Of a stretch of DNA of 64,000 bases, positions 26,897 to 41,800 are shown piece by piece. The DNA is from a virus. Made by a program: the position numbers and the translations under genes. Within the stretch, counting starts at the first letter, position 1. The number at the start of each line of letters is the position of its first letter. The stretch lies in IMG/VR virus record IMGVR_UViG_3300028394_000045, positions 64,001 to 128,000 of that record. One strand, 5' to 3'. The notes under the pieces were generated by a model. The model saw only the letters and a program-made list of their open reading frames with translations, had not been told where the DNA came from and searched no databases.

Positions 26897-29800
26897 TGGC
26901 CACTGTACGTTCGGTAGATTTACTCCCACAGATTTTTCAGACTGATACCAACAAGCAGTTTCTAGCTGCCACATTGGATCAACTCACACAAGAGCCAAAG
27001 TTCAAGCAAACACAAGGATACATCGGGCGAACAGTAGGTCCCGGTGTGAATCCCAATGACAATTATGTGGTAGAACCAGATGCTATCAGAACCGATTACC
27101 AACTTGAACCCGGCGTGGTCAGTTTGGTTCCTGATACAAACACTATTAAAAATGCCATCACCTATCCGGGCATCAATGATGCAGTGGGATTCAGTGGTGG
27201 CGATAGTGCTCGACCTGACCGACTGTATGAGAGTGAATACTACAGCTGGGATCCGTTTGTAGATTTTGATACCTTTGTGAATTTCAGCCAGTATTTCTGG
27301 CTGCCGGCCGGACCCGATGCAGTGGATGTACAAGCAGCCGCTATCCCCACCACTGACAACTTTGCAGTCACACGTGAAAATGGAGTCTACACATTCTCAG
27401 GAGTAACTGGCGACAATCCAGTGATCGATCTTGTGCGTGGTGGCAGCTATACATTCCAAATAGCACAGAACACTAAAGAAACTGTGAATTATCGTGTGGG
27501 CAATTCAGGAACGTCTGCATACCTATTGGATGGATTACGCAATCCCACTCTTACACTTGTGCGTGGTAACACCTATGTGTTTAATTTGGTATTTGTCGGA
27601 GACTTTCCATTCTGGATCAAGACAGCACCGGTCACAGGAGTGGGCGATGTGTATGATACTGGAGTCACAAGAAATGGTGCGGTAACTGGCCTGGTCACCT
27701 TCACTGTGCCACAAGACGCACCTAGCACACTGTATTATGCCAGCCAAACACAAATGAACATGCAAGGTACGCTAAACATCGTGGACGGCGTGCCAGGTAC
27801 AGGACCAGGATTTTGGATACAAGCCTTTCCTGGAGTGAATGGCAAAGATCCTAACAATCCAAATATCAGTTCAAGAGATGTGTTGGGAGTATCCGACAAT
27901 GGTACAGACCTTGGTACAGTGGTATTCAATGTGCCACAAAAAACTGCACAGAATTTTTATTATTCATTGACCCCGTTTGGAGTAAATTCTAATGGACTAG
28001 TGATCACTCCTGTAGATATAATTTGTGATCTCAAATTTGAACAGGTCAATAACCAACCGGTGGAGCAGTTCTTGGCCACATACGGCGGCATCGATGGCAC
28101 AGCCAATCTCAACGGCCGCACATTGGTATTCACTGAACCCGTGACTGATGCTGAAGCCGGTGGCTGGCAAGTGAATACGTTCTTTGATCCATTGACCGAG
28201 ACCAGTTCAAACAACGGATTAGTAGGCAGCTATGATACCACATTCTTCAGCCAGTCATCACCTGTGCCTCCTGAAGATCGTTATCAGCTGTGGCAGATCA
28301 ACTATGTGACTGTTGATCATTACACCTACATGACTTTGTCTAAGATCTCGGATATTCCGGTGCTGAACAAATTCACAGCAAGATATGGGATACAATACAG
28401 CAATACCCAATGGTATAAAACCGCAGCTGGTGTATTTGAACGCATTCCTTTGCTGACCGCTGCACAAGATATATTGTATTATCAAGACGGCACAGATCCG
28501 GAGATCTTTGGCCGTATCCGCTTGGTAGAACAAACAGCCAGCACCACTTTGTTTATTGATGCCATCTTGGGCCAGCCATCTTATACTAGCCCAAATGGTG
28601 TGGTCTTTACAAACGGACTCAAAGTAAAATTTGTTGGTGATGTGTCACCGGCCACTTATGGCTCGGGAACTTTTCCATTGGTGATTACTGCCGCTCAGCC
28701 AGGCAGCAATTATCTCACAACAGCATCCACAGCGGATCTGTATGTTGGAGAAAAGATAGTATTCAGTCAAAGCATTGGCGGCGTCTTGCCCGGAACATAC
28801 TATGTACAGAGCATAGCAGCTAATGGGATACAATTTAGCATCAGCACACAAAAAGGTGGTGGGGCATATCCATTGGATATCGGCAGTGGCAATGTCACTG
28901 CCACAGTGGTCAGCGATTTGGAATATTATGTAAGTGGAGTAGGAACTGCAATTGAGCTGTTACCCGTTGAAAACTTTGTGACTCCTGAATTGTATGTGGT
29001 TGATGCCAACGACAGCACAATCTATACAGAACCCGACACAACTGATTATCTTACTATTAATCGTGCTAGCTTGGATCGCAATGCATGGAGCCGTAGTAAT
29101 CGTTGGTTCCACACTGATGTGATTAATGCCACAGCAAAATACAATAATGCTGTGGCAACATTCGATAACAACTATAGAGCCAAACGTCCGATCATCCAGT
29201 TCCGTCCTGATATCAGACTATGGAACATGGGTACCGAAGGTAAAACCCCAGTTGATATAATTGATTTTGCTCAGACCGACGCATTCAGCAATATAGAAGG
29301 ATCCACTGGATATACCATTGATGGATACACATTGATTGACGGCAGTCGAGTGATATTTGCAGCAGACGAAGATCAAAGTGTCAGAAACAAGATATATGTT
29401 GTGTCATTTATTGTGCCAGACACTGTTGCTCCGCTGATCGCACAGCCTATTATCAATCTCACACCGGCGGAAGATGGTGAAGTATTGGCCGATCAATGTA
29501 CTGTATGTCTCAATGGCGTAACATCTGCTGGTGTGACTTTTTGGTTTGATGGCACCAACTGGATCGAAGCACAACAAAAAACCGCAGTACAACAGGCACC
29601 GTTGTTCAATGTATATAACACCTCTGGATACAGCTTTGGTGATCAGACGGTGTATCAAAGCTCAACATTTTCTGGCAGCAAGTTGTTCAGCTATGCAGTG
29701 GGCGATACTACTATAATAGATCCTATATTGCAGTTTCCTTTGCAATATCTCAATATCAACAACGTGGGTGATATTGTTTTTGTTAATAACTTATACAAAG

Positions 29801-32800
29801 ATACTTTCTTGTATGTAGTTGATAATGCCAGCGTGACACTTGACATCAGCTCAGGATCCGTGAGAGAGTATGACACTCGTGCAACTTATCAACGCCTAAT
29901 AGGATGGCAGACTGCTGCAACAAAAAGTCAAACATATCAGCAGTTTAAATTTACCTATACCGGTGCTACACTCAAGCTGGATGTCAAAGCCAACAGTTCA
30001 GTTAATAATACCCCGCCAATTAAAATATATGTAGGGTCAGTATTCCAGGAACCCGGTGTTTATAGCTATCTTACTACTGATACTAGCACAACAATCACAT
30101 TAAACAACACCTATATACCCGGTGATATCATTGAAGTGTTGGTGTTGAGTGATCAGACCAGCGCCACAGCATTTTATCAAGTGCCTATCAATCTGCAGAA
30201 CAATCCGTTGAATGGAAATAGTCCGGAATTTACACTGGGCACCATAAGAACACATTATGAAAGTATCTGTCAAAATCTGTTGACAGTTCAAGGGCCAGTG
30301 AATGGATCTAACAACACCAGAGATCTGGGCAATCTAGTTCCGTATGGATTGACTATATTGCAACAAAGTGCGCCAATGACATTGGCTGGCTATTTTTTAC
30401 GGTCACCGGACTACAATATCTTTGCTTCATTGAGTTTTGCTGCTAGAGAATATAACAAATACAAGTATCAGCTGTTGGATGCAGTGACACAACAAACTAT
30501 TGGTTTTGATACTATCTCGCAAATATTAGACACCGCAATACAAAATGTTACCCTGGGTCGCGTTGAAACACAGCCATTCTATTGGTCTGATATGTTACCG
30601 TCTGGTGCAGTTTATACAACCACTACCTATACCATTGGCTATACTGATACTGGCAGTTTTGATACAGTACAAGTTTATAATTATCGTTCAGCTAATTATT
30701 TGGGAATGAATGTATATCTAGGTGAGGCATTGCTCACAAGAGACCGTGACTATGTAGTGGCCACAGATGGTCCTCGTATAACTGTTCTAGTTGATCTGCC
30801 GTTGGGGAGCCAATTAGTTCTTCAAGAATACAGCGCCACCTATGGAAGTTTTGCTCCCAACACCCCGACTAAACTGGGATTGTATCCAGCATTTGTTCCA
30901 CAGGTTATTACTCAGCGAGCCAGCGGTGGTATGGTGCAGGTAACACAAGGTCATGATGGATCTATCACTCCGCTATTCAACGATATTCGCGACCAGGTAC
31001 TGCTGGAATTTGAAACCAGGATTTATAACAATCTCAAGCTAGATGGAAATCCGGTACCACTTACTATCGAAAATGTCTTACCAGGCCAGTTCCGTGACAC
31101 AGGATTCAGCTATTCTGAAATTACTAACATATTGAATCAAGATTTCTTGAGCTACGTGGGTGCTAACAAACTTGATTACCGCACACAAAATTTCCGTGCC
31201 GACAACAAATTTACTTGGAACTACAGTTCCGCACAGAACAAATTAAACAGCAAAGAAAATCTTCTAGGAGCCTGGCGCGGTATCAATCGTTATTTCTACG
31301 ACACCGAACAACCACAATATACTCCTTGGGAAATGTTGGGCTTCAGCAAGCAGCCGCTGTGGTGGGAAGGCAAATATGGTCCGGCACCATACACCGGCGA
31401 CAACTTGGTGTTGTGGGATGATTTGGCCGCTGGTTATGTTGCTGACCCAGTGGCGCCGTATTTCCGCCCAGAATATGCACGTCCAGCCAGTATAGGATCT
31501 GCTGACGAACCCCCACGTAGCGGTATTTGGGGACCGGGCCCGTATCCTTCCATGGCACCAGTTATTCCCACTGGTGATGAAGGGCAATTACTCAGCCCAT
31601 TCAACAGCACCATGGGAACTTATGCCAATGCTCAATTCCAGAAGAGTTGGGCACCGGGAGATGGCGGCCCAGTTGAAGCTTCGTTCTGGAACAGCTCTAG
31701 CTATCCATTTGCAGTGATGCATGTGCTGGCAGTGACTCGCACAGCCAAGTTTTTTGCATTGTTTGCTGATCGTGACTTGTATCGATACAATGTGGAATTT
31801 GGGCAGTATCTATTGAATGATCGATATCGTCTAGATGCCAATGGCATCGAAGTATATGGTAATGGAGTCAGCAAAGCCAGCTACATTGACTGGATAGTTG
31901 ATTACAATCGCCAAAGTGGTATTAATTCTACTGATGAGCTAACAGCTGATCTGGCCAGTCTTGACGTGAGATTGTGCTATCGCATGGCCAGTTTCTCAGA
32001 CAAACAATACATCAAAATATTCACCGAAAAGTCCAGCCCTAATTCTACCAACACCACTTTGATGATACCTGATCAAAGTTATAATCTGTTGTTGTACAAG
32101 AATCAACCATTTGATCGCACCAGCTACTCGGCAGTGGTCATACAGAATGTGACCGGGGGATATGCTGTGTATGGATACAGTGCGGCACAACCGTATTTCA
32201 ATGTGTTGGCCAGTAAGTCCACAGGGCAACTGCGTACAATAACTTCGGGCGGCGCAACTGTGCGTGTGCCTACCTTCTATACCAACACTGTGGTTCAAGT
32301 TCCGTATGGAACCATATTCACCAATGAAACAAGTGTTTGTGATTTCTTGTTAAGCTATGGGCAATTACTACAACAACAAGGAATAACCTTTACCGATCGT
32401 GCCAATGGATATGTATTGGACTGGGGACAGATGTGCAATGAATTCTTGTACTGGAGCCAACAAGGGTGGGGGGAGAATGCGTTATTGAATCTCAACCCAC
32501 TAGCAGCAAAACTCACAGTCACTCGTGAGCAAGCAGTGGTAGACAGCATCGCGGTACAAACCATAGATAATGTGTTACTGGATCAGAACAATAGAGAATT
32601 GCCCACACGTAATCTCAATGTGGTACGTATAGGCAATACATTTGTTTGTGAGCCATTGACTACTCAGACTTTAAGCTACATTGATCTAAAATACACTACC
32701 TATGAGCACATGATTGTGTTAGACAATCAGAGTGTGTTTGGAGATCTTATGTATCAACCTACCACCGGTGCTCGCCAAAACCGGTTGATACTCATAGCAT

Positions 32801-35800
32801 CCAATACTGCTGATTGGACCGGACAAATTGATACGCCTGGATTCATACTCAATCTAGACAATGTGCAAGAATGGACTGGGTTAAAACGCTATACCAAAGG
32901 GCAGATAGTCAAGTACAAGAATGTGTATTGGAGTGCGCTAAACATCGTACAACCAAGTGCGCAATTCAACTTCAATGATTGGACACAGAGCGATTACACT
33001 CAAATTGAATTGGGATTGTTGCCTAACTTGGCCAACAAAGCTGATCAATTGGCCAACAGTTACAATATCAATTCTGCCAATCTTGAAACCGATAATGATT
33101 TGTTAAGCTATGGACTGATTGGGTTCCGTCCTCGCCAGTACATGGCTGCATTAAATCTAGATGATGTGAGTCAGTTGAATGTGTATCGACAGTTCTTGGG
33201 CTCTAAAGGCACAATCATCAGTGCAGAGCTGTTCTCCAATGCCAATCTAGGAAAAGAAGCGGCTGACTACAGTATCTATGAAAACTGGGCGGTGTTACGA
33301 GCAACATATGGCGCCAATGCCAACCGTAGTTTTGTTGAACTTAGATTGAATCGTGCATATCTCAGCAGCAACCCTAGTCTAGTACAAGTGGTATTGCCAC
33401 AACAAGCTAGCTCTGCAGATCAACAGATATTGTTTAGCGACATATGGAAGCAAAGTTACAAACTGACTTCTCCAGATTTTATGCCGACTACTACTGTATC
33501 GCCTACAGATATACAACTGCCAACTGCTGGATATGTAAATCTTAATGATGCAGATATCACAGTATTTGACATAAACGATCTGGGTAATATCTCGGCCAAC
33601 CTTGATGCTATTGCAGTTGGTACTTCAATATGGGTCGCAAAAGTAAATGACTACGACTGGAATATCTATCGTGCGCAGGCTGTTCCGGGAGCCATACAGC
33701 ACGTATGCGACAATCTTGACGGAACCAGCAGAGTGATATTCAGTCAGCCACACGGCTTATCATACAGCGATACCTTGATCATCAACTTCTTTGATTCCGA
33801 AGTCAATGGCGTATATAATGTACTAAGTGTGCCCAATATAACCACAGTGAATATTGCGTTCCAATTTACCAACCAACGCACAGTGGCCGATGGTACCGGA
33901 TTGGGATTCACATTGAAGACCATGCGTGTGGCACAAGCGTCGGACGTGATCAATCTGCCATACGCCAACGACATCCTGCCAGGTGCCATAGTATGGGTGG
34001 ATAACAATGGTGAAGATCTTTGGGAGGTGATACAGAAACAAGATGTATTCACTAGTTCGTCACAGATCAGCCCAGTACTGTTGGATGCGGGAGAACAATA
34101 TGGTTCTGCTGTGGCACAGGCCAGCGCAAGAGCAGCATTGTTTGTGGGTAGCCCACGATATGGATTTGGTACAGTCACCGAAAAAGGTGCTGTGTATGTA
34201 TATGTTAAAAATTCAGGGGACACATACTCTCCGGTCAGCCCAATAGCCGACGCCGATGGCATCCTGACTCTGGATCGTACCGGTGTTCGCGGTTACGGAA
34301 ATGCTATAGATTTTGGTAATCAAACTTGGGCAGTAGCCGGTGCCAGCAAGAGTCTCGGACCCAGTAGCGAAACTAACAATGGTTATGCTGCGGTGATCTA
34401 CCGAGATCCTGCATTAGGGCAACCTGGTGTGAATCCATTTGCACAATGGCAGCTATTGACCCTGCCAGGCACCACTACATCAACCACTCCTGGTGCCGGA
34501 GAGTTTGGATATTCCGTGGCCATGAGCTTAGATGAACGTTGGATGTACGTTGGTGCTCCAGGGTTGAACACAGTTTATGCTTACGGGCGAGTGACCTGGG
34601 AAGACCAATTTATCACGGTGCTAGGCGACGGGGTTACTACTCAATTCCTTATTGGCAACGTGATACAAATCGACAACAGCAGCCAGCTCAAAGTCACATT
34701 GGATGGCAATATTCAATTGTCAGGCTATTCAGTGGATGCAGCATTCAACAAAGTCACATTTACCACAGCTCCTGCCTCGGGTGTGTTGATAAAAATGCAA
34801 AGAATCAGCAGTCAACAGCTGGATGCACAGACCTATTATGATGTGCCACAGACATCTACCAGTGGCAGCGGCCTTGGTGCTAAATTTACCATAATCCGTG
34901 TGCGCGGTGAAGTTGGACAACCGGGTTCAACACAGGGCGGCGTAGGTGCTACATCATTTGGTTCGGGTTATGCCGTGGGTAATACCATAACCATTGCCGG
35001 CGCAAGTTTTGGTGGCACCAACAATATTGTGCTTACCATTACTTCAATAGGCACTGGCGGTACATTGGGTAATTTCAATATCGCATATACTGCACCTACG
35101 TTGGCTACGGTATTTTCATTGAACGAATATTTCTTCACTGCTACCAACATCTACAGCTTCAGTATTGAAGTCAATAATGTGTTGTATCGCCCCAACATCG
35201 ATTACACATTCAGCACAGTCACCCAGGATTTGACATTTACCGGAACAGGTCCTGCTGCTGGTGCAGTTATTGTGGCCAGGGCAAAAAGCTATTTCACATA
35301 TATTAATTCAATCACAGCCATTGGATTAAGTTCATCTGACAGATTTGGTCATTCAATATCCTGTACCACAGATGGCCGCCAACTATTAATTGGCACACCT
35401 TACAGTACCGAAAGTGGGAATGTTGAAGCAGGATCTGTATATGTGTTTGATCGCAACGTACAAAGATTTATCTATGGTGAAGATGGCTCAACCGTAACAT
35501 TTACATTGTTAGGCACCCCGGTGGCACCGATCGGCGTTATTGTTAATAATGTATTCTTGACCAACCAGACTGACAGTGTAGTTGGTGCAGACAACACCTT
35601 CTACTGGAATGGTGCCAACACAGTGACCATCAATGCGGACTTGCAATATGGTGACGTGATTGAGATTGAAACCAATCAATTTGCACAGGTGCAAGAGCTT
35701 ACTCAAAATACCATAGCCAACTTTTCGAATTTTGGGCAGACTGTGGATATCTGCTCATATGATTGCAGTTTGTATTCGGGTGTTCCGCAAAGCAGCGTAC

Positions 35801-38800
35801 AGATCTACAAAGGCGGCGTGGTCGAACGTGATGTAAATCAAAGCCGCATCTACGGAACTATCACATCCACAGTGGCCAATGCTGCACTGACTTCAGGAAA
35901 TACCTTGCGTGTGAATAACATGGATGTAACAGTTCCTGCTGCCTGGAGCAGCTTGACCACATACAACAAAAATGATGTGGTCTATAACTTGTCAGGTACC
36001 ACATACACCATCTATCTGGCATTGCAGGCTGTGCCTGCTGCCACAGCACTGAGCAATGCAAGCTACTGGTCATCAGTGACCACAACAACTGTGGCTGCCA
36101 GCATCTATGTACGTGCGCTGGCCGCCCACATAAACAGTACAGTTCCAAATGTTGTTGCCATAGTGGATTCAACCGGATATCTTACAGTGTCTGTTAAGAA
36201 CAGCAATGCAGCACCGGCATTTAATAAATTGCAAGTAGCGCCGGGCTCAGTTGGCACAGCATTCACTACATTGGCATTCAAGACATTTGCATTTACACAA
36301 ACGATCCTCAGTCCATATCCTGTAAAATATGGTGCGTTTGGATCCAGCGTGAGTGTTTCGGATCAGGCCACCACTGTGGTCGTGGGAGCACCAAACGGTA
36401 CTCTGTATCTGATCACAGTGTTTGATGATGGCACCACAGATTTTGATGCAGATAGCACCACCTTCATCACCACAGTGAATAACAGTGGTGCTGTGTATGC
36501 ATATGATTATTTGCCATCTTCGACTCTCAGCATATCAAATCCAGGGCAATTTATATTTGGACAACAGATCAACAACAGCCAGATCAACACATTAGATGGA
36601 TTTGGCACAGCCGTGAACTATATAGATGGCATTCTAGTAGCAGGCGCACCAAAGAATGATGTAGGAGACAGCACAGCAGATTACGGTCGTGTGTTTGTAT
36701 TCCAAAATCCCGATCGTAACCCAGCTTGGACAGTGATCAGACAACAACAACCTGTGGTTGATATCAGACTGATCAATGGAGTGTTTGCATATGATCGGGT
36801 CACCAGTGCTACTACACAGTTCTTTGATTTCTTTGATCCATTACAAGGCAAGATTCTAGGTGCAGCTAGACAAAATATTGACTACATCGGCGGTATAGAT
36901 CCGGCCAATTATAATATTGGCCCTACTAGCATCAACGGTGCCACCTGGTGGGACGGACACACAAGCGAAGTATGGTGGGACACCAGTACTGTCCGATTCA
37001 TTGACCCTAATCAAGACGACATAACTTATGCTAGTCGTCGTTGGGGACAACTATTCCCGGGCAGTTCTGTAGATGTATATCAATGGATACTGAGTCCGGT
37101 ACCTCCGATCAACTATACCGGACCGGGAACACCATACAGCACAATCAGCTACAGCATCAATACCAGACTTACCAGAGACGGCATATTTGCTACTGAATAT
37201 TATTTCTGGGTGCGAGGTATCACAACCACAGCTACTCAACAAGGTAAAACACTGAGTGTGGCCACTGTGGCACGATATATCACTGACCCTAAATCCAGTG
37301 GTATCACTTACATGGCACCTATAAATGCTAGCACCATTGCCCTGTACAATGCCGCTGAGTACATCGTGGCATCTGATACAGTGATCAACATATCTTTTGA
37401 CAGAGAAGCCACAGACAGTAACGTACATACTGAATATGAACTAATAGCCGAAGGCAAACCAGACGCCTTCTTGAGTACCAATCTCTATCGTAAGTTACAA
37501 GACAGCTTCTGCGGTGTGGATACCTTTGGCAACAACGTACCAGATCCAAATCTCGGCCCGGCTGAGCGATATGGTGTGCAGTTCCGCCCACGACAAAGTA
37601 TGTTTGTGGATAGATTTGCTGCACTTAAAAACTATCTCACCAGGGTCAATGATGTGTTGTCCATGTATTCAATCTCAGAAAGTCGCAGTTTTAATTTGCT
37701 CAACAGCGCCGAACCTGAACCAAGTGCAGCAACTGGTTTATGGAATCTACGTGTGGCGAATTTAGAGATATTGGGATTCCAAAACATCTATACTGTACCA
37801 TTGGGCTATCGCTATTTGGTAGTGACCGACAGCGACAACAAAGGTCTATGGACCATTTACACAGTGGCAGCCAGCGATCAAACAGCAGGCAAAAGACTTC
37901 TACGACTATCGTTTGTGCAAGGATACAACACAGCCGACTATTGGAGTTATATCGACTGGTATCTTCCAGGATACAATTCCAGCAGTAAAGTCATAGCCAC
38001 AATACCTAATAAAGCTGGATTAGATACATTAACCGTGGCAGTGGGTAGTAGTGTGAAAATCACAGCCAATGCTCAAGGTAAATGGGAAATATATCTATTG
38101 ACCGATGCGGGATGGGAACGTGTGGGATTACAGGATGGTACTATTGCATTCTCGGCCGAATTGTGGGATTATCAATTGGGCAGATTTGGATTTGACATTG
38201 AAGTATTTGATGCACAATATTATGATCAAGAACCTGTAAAAGAAACACGAAAAATCATACAAGCGATTAATGAAGAATTGTTGATTGACGAATTGGCGAT
38301 TGAACGCAATCGTGCATTGACATTGGTATTCAATTTTGTATTGAGCGAATTCTCTGCACCAGAATGGTTAGTCAAGACCAGCTTGATCGATGTGGATCAC
38401 AGAATTCGAAATCTAGTACCTTATCAAAACTATCGTAGGGACAATCAAGAATTTGTGCTGGATTACATAAAAGAAGTCAAACCTTACCATGTGCAATTAC
38501 GTGAGTTCAATCTACGATATAACGGGCTTGATCAATTCCAGGGCAGTCTCACTGACTTTGATTTACCAGCCTACTACAATACCACACTGACCACACCTCA
38601 ATATACTAGTCCTATATTGCTGCCTTATCAACACGGATCGTCAGATGTGGCCAACTTCTTAAGCGATTTGCCTGCTAACAGCACAGTATGGAACACATTC
38701 CCGTACGATCAATGGTACAACAACTATCTGCTGACCCTTACTGCTGTAACAATTGTTGATAATGGTACAGGATACACAGAACCTCCAATAGTGATTGTGG

Positions 38801-41800
38801 GTGATGCATGGACCAGTAATACCTCTGTGACTATCAATCAGCAACTGTTCTATGCAAACAACAACACAACCAATCTCTACACAGTGGTCGTGGATGGAAT
38901 CACTGGAATCGAGCCACCTACTTTCACTACCAGTGGGTTACAAACCAACGGTACTGCTACTCTGGCATATGCTGGACTGGCTGCTGAAGCAACTGCTGTA
39001 ATTAACAGTTTAGGACAAGTAGTGGCAGTGAATGTCACTTACTCTGACGCAGTTTATCGATCGACTCCGAGCATATCGTTCAGCGGCGGTGGCGGTGTTG
39101 GCTCTGGAGCCATAGCATATGCAAGGATCACTCCGGGATTGGCACGTAGCTTCAAGACCACGATCAAGTATGATCGATTCCAATACTTTAGCGATGTAAG
39201 AGATTGGAGCCCGAGCGGAACATATCAAGATGGGCAATTAGTACGCTACGATGATCGTGTGTGGCAAGCTGCCAGTGCAGATTCCACAGCAGTGGTGGGT
39301 CCCACATTCAATCTTGAAGATTGGACATTGATCCCAGCTAGAGATTTAACTGGTGTCGATCGTACCATGGGTCTATATGTTGCCGGACCAAATCAACCCG
39401 GATTGGATTTGCCGTTGTTGATTGACGGTGTGGACTATCCAGGAGTGCAAGTGTATGGAAATTACTTCCTGGACACAGCTCCCGAGGATGCTATATATGC
39501 CAGCACATTCACTGATACAACACTTGGTAACACATTTACCAGCATCAACGTAGATGGCGGTGAATTTATCGGATTGTACGAAGGGCATGCCCCCGAAGAA
39601 CTAGTGAATGGTGCAGAATTTGACACACTTGACCTGCGTGTTTATACACGTCCAGGTGCTGATTGGAACAGAGATGGGCATGGATTCCAATTAGCGGACA
39701 CTCGTTATCTTTACGAGGCTGCGGTAACAGACACATTCAGTTGGGCAGGCCTGGTAGAGAACCCAGTGGGAATCTTCGTAACAAATACCACTACTAATCT
39801 TCCATTGGCTCTGAATATTGATTATTCAGTGGATTGGGTTCTACAAACAATCACAGTACTCACTGTGGCCAACGGAGATATACTTAGCGTCACGGCATAT
39901 GAATTAGGTGGCGGCAATCAATTGTATCGTGATAATTTCACGGGAACAGGATCTCAGACCACAATTATTCCAGTCAATTCTGCACAAATAATCAGTATCG
40001 CAGTATTTGTAAATGGTGTATCTACTACTGTAGTGGGGTGGACTCCATACACACCTAGTGTAGATTGGAATCAACTAAACAGCTATGCCAAACAAGACCT
40101 GGTCAATACCAATGATGGCAGTTCAGCAGAGACTTATTATCGTGCATTAAAAGATGTGCCTGCCGGTATCGATATTGCTGATCCATTGTATTGGTTAGAA
40201 TATGTTCCTACTTTGCAATCAATTGTTGATCTAGGGGCAGTATATGATGATACCGATGGTATAGCACTAGTTGCGTTTGGGGTATCTGTCATAGATGCAG
40301 GGTACTTTATCATTGGCCGACAATATACCATCACAGAAGTGGGTACAACTAATTTTGTGGCCATCGGTGCTGGAGCAAATACTGTAGGAACAGTATTCAC
40401 TGCTAGCGGAATTGGATCGGGCACTGGTAAAGCATCTACAGTGTATAGTTGGAGCGCGCCACAAACACAATATATTGTAGCAGATTCTAATTTTGTCACG
40501 TTCAAGAGTACCACATTGACCAATTCAGTACAAGGTAGCAATCTTGCTAACATGATAGTTGATCGCAATGGGTTGAGATTACAACCTCCGGAAGGTCGTG
40601 AATGGACCAGTGACGGTAGTTCATTGGCATTTGCATTGCCTAACCGTGGGGGGTACAGTCAATCGATTATAAATGCCACAACAGACGTTATTGTGTGGGT
40701 AGATAACATACTACAACAACAAAGTATTGGTGGTGTGCCTGGTGTTTATAGTGTGACACCTTATTCAGGAACTAACGATCGTGAGGTCGTGTTTAATGTA
40801 CCACCTCCTGCTGGTGCTCGTATATTGATCACAGTGACCACTCAAGCTGGATATCAATTGGCCGGTACCACTTTGCAGATTGTGGGAGCAGTCAATCTCG
40901 ACGACTTGTTTAGTGTAACAACCTTCAATGATACTTCACAACAATATCCGCTGACCTTGGTATTCAACGGTCCAATAGTTACTGGTGTGGAAATTGTAGA
41001 TCCATTTGACCCATTGCCAAATGATCCGGCATATAACAGCCAGCCGGGAAGTTTTGATTATGCAACAGTGAATGATACACAATGGAGTTACTCATACAGC
41101 AAAGGAGATGCGGTGTATGACAATCAATTCTGGTTAGAGCGTGCCAATGTCAATGCTGCTAGATTATGGGTCACACTAGATGGATATGCTCTGACCAATA
41201 GCATAGATTACACAGTGGAAGGTGAATATCTCATACTGGGATCAGGTGCCATCGAGCCCGGCCAGATAATGGCCATAACCGAAGTGACCAGCAGCATAGT
41301 GCCTGATGCAATGGCATTCCGCATATTCCAGGACATGCGTGGAGTACAAGCCACATATCGTATCACACCTGCTAGTACCACAGCATTGATGCAACCACTC
41401 ACTGCAACCGGTAATATCATGTATGTTGAAGATGCTAACGCATTGGGACAGCCTAACTTAGATATTGGTGTGTTTGGTGTTTGCACCGTAAATGGCGAAC
41501 GTATCATGTATCGTGGCATTAATCTGGTAGATAACAGTATCAACGGGCTCATGCGAGGTACTGCTGGTACAGCAGCAGCAGATCATGACACAGGCGCAGC
41601 AGTATATGATCTTAGCCGTGGTAATCTGTTACAGAGCAGTTATCAAGATTACATAGTTTCAGACACTAGCATAGGTGATGGATCTACCACGGTATTCTAT
41701 GCACCTAGCATAAATGTTGATGATTTTGTTGACAGCAGTAGCGAAGCACCTGCTATCGAAGTATATGTTGCTGGCATCCGCCAGTATGCCTACAGTGACA